In this document: piece after piece, positions 12,383 through 24,579 of the stretch | Position numbering within the stretch: position 1 is the stretch's first letter | Layout of the letters: each line of letters begins with the position of its first letter | Origin: Piromyces finnis finn | Taxonomy: Eukaryota > Fungi > Neocallimastigomycota | DNA: 64,000 nt | Reading direction: 5' to 3' | Assembly (NCBI GenBank): GCA_002104945.1 | Contig: MCFH01000076.1 | Location: 153,710-217,709, forward strand | Made by a program: the position numbers and the translations under genes | The notes under the pieces: model-generated | The model's database searches: none | The model's input: the letters and a program-made list of their open reading frames with translations, nothing else | Told to the model about the DNA's origin: nothing

Positions 12383-12942
12383 ATCTTTATCCAAATTTAA
12401 ATTTTAAAAAACCATTAAAAATATTATTTCACTATTTATCAAAAGTAAAAAATAAAAATAAAAAATTTTAATAATTGCCTTTTTTTTTTTAGAAATAACA
12501 TTATAGAAAAATAGATAAAATAGAAATTATTGATTTAAATAAGTAAATCATATATATAAATTATAATGAAAGTAACAAAAAAAACAATAATTTAAAAATT
12601 AATAATAAAAAGAAAATAAAAATAAAAAAAAATAATAAAAAATAATTTTTTAGTTTAATATTTTCATACTTTTTATTTAAAATCATGGTATCCTTTGATA
12701 TTAAATTTATAAATCTATTGAAATGATGTTTATTTTTGTAAAAGTATTAAGATTATAATGTAAATTTTCATTTTTTTTTTTTTTTTTTTTTTTATTATTT
12801 ATGATTATTGACATTGTTATTATTAGTCAATATATAAATGTATTTAACACCAAAACATAAATTTTGATTTTTAATAATATTTAAAGGAATATTATACTCT
12901 TAATATAATTGTAATTGTGGTATTTTCTCACTCAAAACCAAT

Positions 12943-12943
12943 T

Positions 12944-12998
<55 letters not shown>

Positions 12999-13002
12999 TT
13001 TT
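12943..13002. repeat. (TTTA)n microsatellite
   Basis: Uninterrupted TTTA run of roughly 14-15 units. Confidence 0.9.
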
Positions 13003-13669
13003 TTAATATTATATAATAAAAAAATGTATCAAAATTTTTTTAATTTAATAAAAATTTTAAAAATAGTTGAAAGGATTAAGTTTTATTAAAATATGGAAAT
13101 TCTAATTCTCTATTTGTATATAATATTTGGTATTTTTAATAAAAAAAGAAAAAAAAGATTGTATTGTACTCAATTTAAATATCAAATTTATATTTATTAA
13201 TTATTATAAAAAAATAAAAGTTTCTAGAAGATCTTTTTTTTTTTTATTTACTTATTAAAAAAGATATATGAAATGAATTCTGTAAATATTAAACCAAGAA
13301 AAAAAAATTAATTATTTTATAGTGTTAATTTTATCGTTAAATAACTATTAAAAATTTGTTTGCTTTTGAAATCTATAAAGTCCTCTACAAAAAAAAAAAA
13401 AAAAACGTAATTGCCATACTTTAAAAAGTTTTATAAATTGATCAACCATAATAATTATATCTCTATATAATTTTAATTTACATACATTTTATTCAAATAA
13501 TCAATTCAACTTTTTTTTTTTTTTATTTAATGTAGCATAATACAATAAATATTGTAGGAATACTATTTAAACTAGTTATAATTTATGAATGTAAATGCAT
13601 TAATGTTTTTATTAAAGATAAAATATTAGGTAAAAGTAATGTTAATTCTAATTTTAATTCCTTAACAGC

Positions 13670-13701
<32 letters not shown>

Positions 13702-15695
13702 ACAGTAATTCATAGATTACTTGGATATAAATTAAGATAAATGCTTTTATTATTAAAATAATAATTTGCTATTATTATTATTATTATTATTATTATTTTT
13801 TTTTGAAAGTAAGTCATATTTAAATTATTATTAAAGTTACATTACTAAATATTAATAGTAAACAAGGTAGAAATAAATATAGTTGATACTACCAATGAAC
13901 ATCATCCTACCTTTAAAATAATAGTAATAGTAATGATGGGTTATTATTATTTTTCTTTTTTAATTAAACTATAAATTTAATATTATGGAAAGAGTTGTGT
14001 CTACCGATAATTATTCAATTATTCATGATAAAAATAATAAATCTTTATTAATGCAATTATCACTGAATTAACAATACTAAAGCATTCATTTAGCTTTTTT
14101 TGTTTTCTATATTAATTTATAAACACTAAATTTTATTTTTTTTAAATGAAAAAAATTTGATATTCTCATTTTATAAACACCAGCCACAAAATAATATTTA
14201 TTAATGAATAAACTTTATACATAAAACAGTGGAAAAAGTAATAATAATTATTTAATCTATTTTTTATATTAAATTAATCTACACTTTTACTAATAAGAAG
14301 AGAGAGATTCTAATCAAGTACCAATATATTATTGAATTATTACTATATATTAAACATATAAAAAGTTACAACCATTGTATTCTAATGTACTATAATGTAC
14401 ATTATCTGTTACTTTATCTATTTAATAGAGTTTTAATTTTTATTTTTTTATAATAAATGTTTTGATTTTTTCAATTGTAATAGGGTAATATCACTGTAGC
14501 TTTAATAGGGTAGGAATTAAATGAGAGAATATAATAAGATCCCCAAAATAATAATAAAGAATAAAACATCCTACTCTATCAACGAAACAAATGTTACAAA
14601 TAAATTTTTTATTTTTAAATGGTTTCAATCTTAAATTTATGCAAATAGACTTTTATTATTAACAAAAAAGAAAAAAGAAAATAATAGTATACATAATTTG
14701 CAAAGGTACGTATTTTGTATATATTTTAAAAGGGTAGATAACCTAAAATAAAATGAAATCCTTTTTTTAAATTCTTTTAAATTATACCTGTAATTGTGCC
14801 ACATAAAGACATTTCCTAATTTATATAAAATCAAGCCACAATTTCAAAATTCACCTTTTTAAATAATTGTGTTACCGCCGTTAATACTTAATTGGAATGC
14901 CAATATAAGTTTTAAAATAATTTTGATGGTGATAAAGGTAAAATCCCAGGCACTTAATTTAGGAGAAAAGCAAAAAAAAAAAGTTTTTTTTTTAAATGAG
15001 AATTAAAATTTATTACTAAAAAAGTTAATTTTTTTTTTTGTTTTATATTTTTATTAATTAATATAACTATCATTCAAAGTAAAAGAAAATAATCTATTTA
15101 CATAAAGTATGAAAAGGATCTATAGACTATATAAATTAATTTTATATATATATCTAAAGAAAAGATTTTAAATACTATCAAATTTCAACATTTTTATCCT
15201 ACTACTTTACCCATCTTTCATAGAAAATTCAAAGTTTTTATTTTTTGTTGTTTTTATAATTATAAAATAAATAATAATTAAAATTTAAAAATTTAATTTA
15301 TTTTTTTTATTTTAATATAAAATAAAATTTATTATAAAATTTTAATACTAAAAAGGTAGAGTTCAATTTGTGTAACATATATAAAATTTCTTAAATGTTT
15401 CATATACAAAAAAAAAAAAAAAAAGATCAACCAAGAAAATGAATAAAGTAAAATTTAATTATTTTTTTTTATATAAAATAAAGAAAATCTTCCTTTAATT
15501 TAAATAAATTACTAATTTATAAAAAAAAATTTATAAGTTTTGATAGATAAACAATTATAGTATAATTGTTTAAAGGAAATAATTAATACTTATAAGTAAA
15601 AAAAAAAAAAATAAAATATAAAATAATAAATATAAATAGAAAATTAAATTAAGAAAAAATTATATAAAATAAAATAGAATAAAAAATAAAATAAA

Positions 15696-17204
15696 ATGAG
15701 ATTAAATAAAATTATTTTAGCTGTTGTATTAGCTTTTGCTATCGAAGCTGAAGCTGCTACTAAAACACTCCCAACTAGCAGCAGTGCTAAGACACTTCCA
15801 TCCTCTGCTGTTAGTAATGCTAAGACTATTCCATCATCTGTTCTTAGTAATGTAAAGACTATTCCAACCACTACTTCCAAGGCCAAGACTCTTCCAACCA
15901 CTACTGCCAGTGGTAAGACTCTTCCAACCACTACTTCTAAGGGCAAGACCCTCCCAACTACTACTACTAACAAGGCCAAGACCCTCCCAACCACTACTGC
16001 CAGTGGTAAGACTCTTCCAACCACTACTTCTAAGGGTAAGACTCTCCCAACCACTACTGCCAGTGGTAAGACTCTTCCAACTACTACTTCTAAGGGTAAG
16101 ACTCTCCCAACCACTACTGCCAGCGGTAAGACTCTTCCAACCACTACCTCTAAGGGCAAGACCCTCCCAACCACTACTGCCAGTGGTAAGACTCTTCCAA
16201 CCACTACTTCTAAGGGTAAGACTCTCCCAACCACTACTGCCAGTGGTAAGACTCTTCCAACCACTACTTCTAAGGGCAAGACCCTCCCAACTACTACTAC
16301 TAACAAGGCCAAGACCCTCCCAACCACTACTGCCAGTGGTAAGACTCTTCCAACTACTACTTCTAAGGGTAAGACTCTCCCAACTACTACTTCTAAGGGT
16401 AAGACTCTCCCAACCACTACTGCCAGTGGTAAGACTCTTCCAACTACTACTTCTAAGGGTAAGACTCTCCCAACTACTACTGCCAGTGGTAAGACTCTTC
16501 CAACTACTACTTCTAAGGGTAGTAAGACTCTTCCAACCACTACTTCTAAGGGTAGTAAGACTCTTCCAACCACTACTGCCAGTGGTAAGACTCTTCCAAC
16601 CACTACTTCTAAGGGTAAGACTCTCCCAACCACTACTGCCAGTGGTAAGACTCTTCCAACCACTACTTCTAAGGGTAAGACTCTCCCAACCACTACTGCC
16701 AGTGGTAAGACTCTTCCAACTACTACTTCTAAGGGTAGTAAGACTCTTCCAACCACTACTGCCAGTGGTAAGACTCTCCCAACTACTACTGCCAGTGGTA
16801 AGACTCTTCCAACCACTACTTCCAAGGGTAGTAAGACTCTCCCAACCACTACTTCTAAGGCCAAGACTATCCCAACTACTACTTCTAAGGCCAAGACTAT
16901 CCCAACTACTACTTCTAAGGCCAAGACTATCCCAACTACTACCTCTAAGGCCAAGACTATCCCAACTACTACCAGAACTACTACCAAGACTATCGTTAGA
17001 ACTACTACTACTCAACACACTCAACCAACCAATGACAATCAAGATTACTACTCTTGTGGTAAGGATGACTGGAGTTGCAAGCAACAAAAGTCTGATGCTT
17101 GTTACGCTGAATTAAACAGATGCTGGAGCAAGCCATGGAGTGAATCATTACTTAATGAATGTCTTTCTATTAATGAAAAGTGTTCAAAGATTTGGGTTTA
17201 CTAA
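15696..17204 (+). CDS. Secreted mucin-like protein with about 40 KT(L/I)PTTT(ASG/SKG) repeats and a 6-Cys, Trp-rich C-terminal module
   Basis: Signal peptide MRLNKIILAVVLAFAIEAEA, 10-11 aa tandem repeats, and C-terminus SCGKDDWSCKQQKSDACYAELNRCWSKPWSESLLNECLSINEKCSKIWVY. Frequent AAG/ACC/GCC/CTC codons despite the AT-rich background. Confidence 0.9.
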   Translation: MRLNKIILAVVLAFAIEAEAATKTLPTSSSAKTLPSSAVSNAKTIPSSVLSNVKTIPTTTSKAKTLPTTTASGKTLPTTTSKGKTLPTTTTNKAKTLPTTTASGKTLPTTTSKGKTLPTTTASGKTLPTTTSKGKTLPTTTASGKTLPTTTSKGKTLPTTTASGKTLPTTTSKGKTLPTTTASGKTLPTTTSKGKTLPTTTTNKAKTLPTTTASGKTLPTTTSKGKTLPTTTSKGKTLPTTTASGKTLPTTTSKGKTLPTTTASGKTLPTTTSKGSKTLPTTTSKGSKTLPTTTASGKTLPTTTSKGKTLPTTTASGKTLPTTTSKGKTLPTTTASGKTLPTTTSKGSKTLPTTTASGKTLPTTTASGKTLPTTTSKGSKTLPTTTSKAKTIPTTTSKAKTIPTTTSKAKTIPTTTSKAKTIPTTTRTTTKTIVRTTTTQHTQPTNDNQDYYSCGKDDWSCKQQKSDACYAELNRCWSKPWSESLLNECLSINEKCSKIWVY

Positions 17205-18379
17205 ACTATCAAAACAATTAAATGAAAGAGTATAATATTTCAATATATTGAAATATTATCTGAAATTATAATCATTAATAATTCTAAATTTTTTTAATTC
17301 AACTAAATGAGAATAAAAGATATTTAATATTTAAAGATTTCCTTTTTTTTTATAAAAAAGGACCATTATAATTTCTTATGATGAAATTTCAACTATTAAG
17401 TATTAATAAATACCATGATCATTTATGGAAAGAAAGAAAATTAAAACACAGCTAAAATGAAAAAAATTAATAATTAAAAAAAAAAAAATATAATAATATA
17501 AAAAAAGAAGAGTATATATATAAAAAAATTTAAATATAGAATAAAACACACACAATAATCTTTTTTTTTTTTTATTAAAAAAAAATAAAAGATAAATAAT
17601 AATTATTGAAATAAACATTAATTTATTAAAAAAATAAAATTAAAATTAAAAATAGTTTAAATAACTTATTCTTTTTTAAAAATAAAATTATTTAGTAAAC
17701 TTTTTTTTTTTCTTTTTATACTTTGAGAAAGATTAAAAAGAAAAGAAAAAAAAGTTTAATACAATTCTATATATTATTATCGTATGAAAAAACCTTTTAT
17801 TTTCCTTACACTTAATCAAAAGAAAGGAATTTAAAAAGTGGTAGCGTCAAACCAGTATTATAATAAATAACAACAAAAAATCAATTTAAATAAAAAAATA
17901 AATAATCATATTTTTTTTTATAAAACATAGTTAAAAAAAGTGTCAAAAAAAAAGTGAGTGTTGGTATCTTTATATAAAAATATTAATATAGGATAAATTT
18001 AATTATTTTTTTTAATACATTTTTTTTTATAAATAAAATGAAATGGGATAAAAGTAATAAATCCAATGATGAAAAAAAAAAATTTTTTTTTTAACATTAT
18101 ATTGGTACTTTTGGTAAAAAAAAAAAAAGAATAAAAAGAATAGCACATCTCCTCCTATATCTTATGATGATGAGATATTGATAATGTTAATATATTAATA
18201 CTACGAATAAATAGACTTTAATTCATAACAACATTATTAATAAAAACTCTTTTTTTTTTTTTATAAAGATTTACAGTTTTAACTATTTCATCGTAATCAT
18301 AAATTAATAGTAAAAAAAATATATATATATATATATTTTTTTTCTATTGGCCTAGGAAGAGGAAGGCGAAATACTTTTG

Positions 18380-18413
<34 letters not shown>

Positions 18414-18787
18414 AAAGTTTAATGAAAAAACAATATTTAAAAGGATAAAAATTAAAGTTTGATGTAAAACAATTATTCAAATTATTGATATTATGATATT
18501 ATTCATTGAACCAATTATTGTTTGTGAAATAAATTAAAAAAAAATTAAAATAAAAAATTTATCATGTAAAAAAAGCATAAAAATATATTATTATTTTTTT
18601 TTTTAATTGGTAACCATTTTACTTTTACATTTTTACATTTTTTCATCAGCCATAAAATATTACTATATATTTGTCATAGTTTGTACGTAAAATAAAAGAA
18701 TATTTAAATTAATACAAAAAAGTAAAAAGAAAAAAAAAAAGGCGATTATAAAATTCTAATAAAACACCGAAATAGTTTTAGAGGAAA

Positions 18788-18827
<40 letters not shown>

Positions 18828-19046
18828 ATTATGAATTACCTAGTAATGAAAAATAAACTTTTTTTTTTTTTTACTTTAAAAGTTTTTAGATTTTCACTAT
18901 AAAATTAAAAAAAAAAAAAACATACACCTTAAATTTTTATTTTTTTTTTTATATTTTATTTTTATTATTCGTTTTTTTTTTTTTATTTTTTTATTTTTGT
19001 TTATCTATACCTTTTTTAATTTAATCTATCTATTCTTTTCTTTTTC

Positions 19047-21898
19047 TTATTTATTCATTAAATGTTCATTTGACTTATTTTTATAATAATAATCTTCTTC
19101 CTCATTTTGTTCTGTTAACATTTTTAGACTTTGATTAAAGAAATAATTATTTGGATCATTATCAATTGCTTCTAGATACCCATATTGTTGTTCTTTATTA
19201 TTAACGGTTGTGGCAGAATTAGTATAATTTGTTTTATTGTATTGATTAAGCGTATGATGATGCTGTTGTTGTTGATGTTGATGATAATTATAATTATTAA
19301 TATAATTATTGTAGTTATTGATGTAATTATTAATGTAGTTATTAATATTTTCATTTTGATAATATTTATTATTTGAATTCGTGGTATTAAAGGAGGAGTT
19401 ATACCAATTATTATTTTTATTTCCAAAAAAGATTGATTTTCTTTTCTTTTCTTTTTTCAATGGAATAAAGTCAACAAGATTCACCGTGATATTAAAGTAA
19501 TCATTGGTTACACTATTTCCGTTAAAGGATCCATTTTCTATAGGATGCTTGAGGATATATATAAGACGTGATCCAACTAAAAGATAATTGTAATACAATA
19601 TACCCAATAAATATAAATTTTGAGTAATAAAATAAATGACGGCTGTATTCATTTGGAAGGATCCAATAAATGAAAATGAATATTCGTAAAGAAGGGATAC
19701 AAATAAAAATAAAACAATAAATAGTATAAATTTAACTTCACCAACTCTTCTCGATACCCTTATAGTTTTAATCGTCATAACAATCATACATATAAACTAT
19801 AAAATATTTATAATAGTTATATTAAAAAGCGGTCCACAATTTATAATATTTAAAATCGTGTAATATTATAATTATAATATTTAAAAAAAAGTGTTATATA
19901 AATGTATTATGAAAAAGTTAGTACTAAATAGAATTAATTATAAATGTTATAAGGTAGAGATATTACCATAAATACACTATAAACAGTTCCGTAAAACAAA
20001 TAGAGAAATATTTGTTCATAATAGCACATTGAAATACGTTGTTTAAAAAAAACGCCAAAGGTTCCAATTCCAAAATTATCATTTCGTGTTAAAAAAATGA
20101 TGGCAAAAAGACTTAAAAATAAAATAATTAGTATGTTTTTTAATAAACGTTTATCATTCACTTTTTTTCCGTAGTTAACTTCAGAAATATTGGTATAGAT
20201 ATAATAGATTCTGTAAATAATTGCAATAATTGGTAGATAACTTAAATTTATACCCAAAAATTTATAAATATAGGAACAACGACATAAAAATCTTGTTTGG
20301 CTATATTTATAGGTAAACATAAAAGATAAACTGATAATAGTTCCCAAAAGATTTAAAGAGGCTAAATAAGGTGAAATAACTTTTAGATAGGGATGTTTTC
20401 TATTTTTTAAAACCAAAAATATGGTGATAAAAAATAATATTATAATGAAAATATTGATATATTCATAAAATATATAGAAAATATTATCATCATTGGTTTT
20501 AATTTTTTCAATATCTAAGATATTCTTTATAATATCGATAAATTCAACACTACTATTTCTCTTTAAACCATCACTTAAATAGGAAGGAAGAAATAGTCTT
20601 GTCTCCATATAACTCGCACTATATTGACTTTTTATTAAAAAGGTATTTATATTAATAGGCTTAATTTTTCTAATGATGGCACATAATTCTGGATTTTTAT
20701 TACAATAAGAAATAACATCATTGTTATTAATTTCTTTTTTTATTTTAAATGTTGGTATAGTACCGAAATTATCTGCTCGATAGTGTTGCATTTCTGGTGA
20801 TGCTAGTTCCAGTGCTAAGGATACAAGATCCTCCATAGGTTTTTTACTATGGTTATTAATTACAAGATATTTTTTTTGTAAAGTACTATAATTATTTCGT
20901 AATAGGTTCGGTAAAACAGAAATATTAGGATTTTCTTTTAAAGATTTATAGTACGATGCCTTTCCTTTAAATAAAAATTTTTCATTATTTATAAAGGTCT
21001 GATAAGCTTGATTTATATTGGTATCTAGAGTATTATTAATATTTTCTCCTGTATATTTTAGTACATAATCTCTAAAGGAATGAAATGTTGCATTTGCTTT
21101 ATCACTAAAAAATATTTTAAAAAACTCTGAATTATCCTTTGATGTTTGTAAGTTATATTGGGAACAAAGATACTCTGCAAAAAAACTCATTAATTCATCA
21201 TTATTCTTTAACCCTATACTTAGTAATCCTTCTTGAGTACTATTTAAGTTATTAGTTTCATTGTTTATTAAATCTACCATATTATTTATGAATATATCTT
21301 TTAAATCGACATGATCCTTATGATAATATAGCAAGTCATAATCAACTTCATAGGGAAGACCATATAAATGAGAAGTATTATCTTTTTCATTCTGTCCATC
21401 CTTTAATATATCTTCATCGTGATGATTTAGTTGTTCTTTTGTGACACTATGTTTATTATAATCTTCATAATATTCAGTTAATTCTCTTATACGATATACT
21501 CCATTTAAAACGACATTTGTTGCATAAGAAACGTCACTATAAAGAAATCCATTATCTACTATTACCATATCATACTTTTCAGATTTTAAAGCAGTAATAG
21601 TACAATTTGTTAGTTTTGCATATTCATAATCATATAATTTTACAAAAGTAAAATTTTTGAATTCATTTGAAATAACTATTCCATCATTAGGATCAGGCTC
21701 ACAGTATAAAAAATTTACTTTATTATTTACTTTTTTCAATGACAAATATTGATTTATTTGTTGATTATAATTTTCTAAATAGGTATTTGAATCTTGAATA
21801 TCCGGTCTATTTATTAAGATATTAATAACGTTTGATTGAGCATTTATTTTAATAAAACAAAATATTGAAAAAAGCAATATATTTATTATGAATGACAT
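19047..21898 (-). CDS. Class C-like (7tm_3) GPCR with an N-terminal bacterial-type solute-binding domain, 2 exons, about 893 aa
   Basis: Exon 1 is 21898-19967, the intron 19966-19797 (GTAATA...TAG) and exon 2 19796-19047. It has a signal peptide, the SBP-like motif LYGLPYEVDYDLLYYH and seven hydrophobic segments after splicing. Class C-like loop motifs: RKHPYLKVISPY and VGEVKFI. Confidence 0.85.
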
Positions 21899-23748
21899 TT
21901 TTCTTTTTATTATATATTATGCGTAAAATTAAATTATTAGTTTTTATTGGTATTAGTAATATTACGAATTATTATTATTATTTTTTCTTTTCTTATATTA
22001 AATTATTTTCATAAATAGATTTCATGTATTAAATAATTGTTTTATAAGTGGTATAATATTTTATAATATTTTATAATATTTTCAATAATGTTAATTGTAA
22101 TATTTAATTTATTTGCTATTTATTTTTATTTGGTTGAAATAAAATTAGAATTGGCTAAACATTGTAATAATAGTATGTAGATTATATAAAACTGAATAAA
22201 TAATTATACTGAATAGATTATAATATTTTTATAATATGATTTAGATTATTTGTTAATTTATGCTTTGATTATAATTTATTGAAATACATAAATATTATAT
22301 ATATGAAAGTAGGGTTATAATAAAATATATTAAATATGATCTAATATAAATATATATATAGATATTATGATTTTTTTATTTTTTATTTTGTACTTTTTTT
22401 TTTTTTTAAGGAAAAAAAAAAATTCTTTTAAAGGTAAAAATAATGGGATTTTATGGTAATAAAAAATTTGGGTGTAGAAAATTCTTCTTTATCCCTAAAT
22501 TAAATTGAAGTAGATCTTTTTAATAATAAATTTGTGTAAATCTTTTTTATTATAAAATATAGTTTATATTTAATCCTAATACTTACTATTTTTTATTTTT
22601 TTATTCTTTTCATAAAAGAGGATAAAAATGGTGAATATTAAAAAATAAACAACCAATTAAAAATTTTGTCAACAAAATGTATTTTATTAAAGATAAACTT
22701 TTTATTAAAAAATTGGGTGATAGAATCGAAATAGATTTTATTATAAATTTTTATATATTATAGTAAAAGAATAGAGTATATCGATGATAAGATCAATAAA
22801 ATATTTAAAATACAATATAATAAAATGGTATATTTTGTATTTTTTTATACCTTTAATATTATATGGATATATAGCTTTGATCTTATCAATCTATGGAAAT
22901 ATTCTAATGATAACAATAATTTATTCATAAATTTTAAATGGCTTATAAAAAAATATATTAAATCCTAAAAACACAAAACCCAATGAAAGATAAAGATGAA
23001 GAATTTATGTATATATTTTTGGGTCATACTATTTATTATTAAAATAATTAATATTATTTATAATTATTCAACATTCAACCCTTAAATTGATTTTATTTTT
23101 AGTTCATTGTACTTTTAATAATTAATCCAACATAAACTTTTTATTTTTTTAAATTAAAGATCATATTTCCTTTCTATCTTTCTTTTTTCCTTTTTTATAT
23201 TAATTTTTTTTTGTTTTTGTGTAACCATAAAATTATTAAAATTAAAATTTTTGAACAAATCATCTTCTTTAAATTAGATATTGTTGATTTTTTTATTAAG
23301 AGTTGTTTAATTTAGGTTTATAATTATGTCAACTTTATTAATATATTTTATGATAAAGAACTACTTGCGTTACATTCTTCTCAAACTACATGTATTTATA
23401 CATTTACATTGTGGCTTAAACATATAATCAAATACAATATATACAAATACGTTTTAATACATTTCAATACATTTGAATACATGTGACATAACGTTTCACA
23501 TATTCTAACATTTTTAATGTTTCAGGTGATAATATTAATTTTTTTTATATTTATTTATATTATACTGTATTTTATATGAACAATTAATTTTCAAAGTTGA
23601 ATAACAATAGAAAAAGTATTTTTAATAATAAAAATTAATGTTACACATAATATTTTAATTAACTATAATATTAAATTATGCTTTTAATACAATTTTAAAA
23701 TAATTGTATACATTGTATGCATTATATGTCTATAAAGAACAAGAGTTT

Positions 23749-23862
23749 GAAAATATATTGTATGTTTGATATTTGGAATTAGGTATTTATTATATAAAAA
23801 AACCAGAAAATATATTGTATGCTTGATATTTGGAATTAGGTATTTATTGTATAAAAAAGCCT
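23749..23862. repeat. 57-bp tandem duplication (2 copies, few mismatches)
   Basis: GAAAATATATTGTATG(T/C)TTGATATTTGGAATTAGGTATTTATT(A/G)TATAAAAAA starts at 23749 and again at 23806. Confidence 0.9.
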
Positions 23863-24579
23863 ATGAATTATAATGATTTTATTATAAAAATTTTTAAAGT
23901 GGATTAATAAAAAAAGTAAATTTATTATTATTATAGTTCATTATTTTTTTAAAACTAATATTTTTAATGTTTTAAATTAAAACTGTATATAGATGTGGCT
24001 GATTATCATATCATTTACTAATCTAGATATTTTAATTCTTTTGGTTTAATAGTAAAAATATAAAAAACAAGAAAAGTGGATAAATTCTATTTGTGGCTGA
24101 TACTTAATTAACAACAATATAATAAATTAATTAATTTATTAAATGTTTCCCTAAAAATTGGACTTTTTTGAAATAACTAAATAAATGCAATAATCGATGT
24201 ATTTATTATGATAATAACTTTATATATTTTCGTCTATTATAAAGAATACTTATAAAAAGTAAAAGACTTATATGTATATGGTATAACATTTACTTTTTTA
24301 TTTAATTATTTAAAAAAAAAATAATAGATATGTTACATTTGAAAAAATTTATTTTAAAATTATCTAAAGGTAAATAATTTTTGAAAAATTTCAATATTAC
24401 TTTACTTTTCATTTTCTTCCTTTGCTATTTATCATAATAAATAACTAAAAATAATTTACATAGAACAAGATATTTTTTTTAAGTATAACAAAAAATTTAT
24501 CTTTTCTAATCCGAGTTTTCGCATAACTGAAAAAAGAAAATTATAAACTTTTTATTTTTTATTTTTTTTTTTTTATCAT

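Noticed and set aside
11691-12407. Leu-rich alternative-frame ORF and Val-rich antisense ORF (11776-12207)
   Set aside because: Frame-shifted and antisense readings of the Thr repeat linker.
15644-17115. Three long overlapping ORFs (447, 417 and 401 aa) over the KTLP gene
   Set aside because: The repeat unit happens to lack stops in other frames. Only the 15696-17204 frame has a signal peptide and a non-repetitive Cys domain.
18150-18260. ATGATGA resembling a snoRNA C box
   Set aside because: No CTGA D box or terminal stem at a suitable distance.
23749-23862. Repeat considered as a CRISPR-like array
   Set aside because: Only two adjacent copies, no spacers, no cas genes, and a eukaryotic context.
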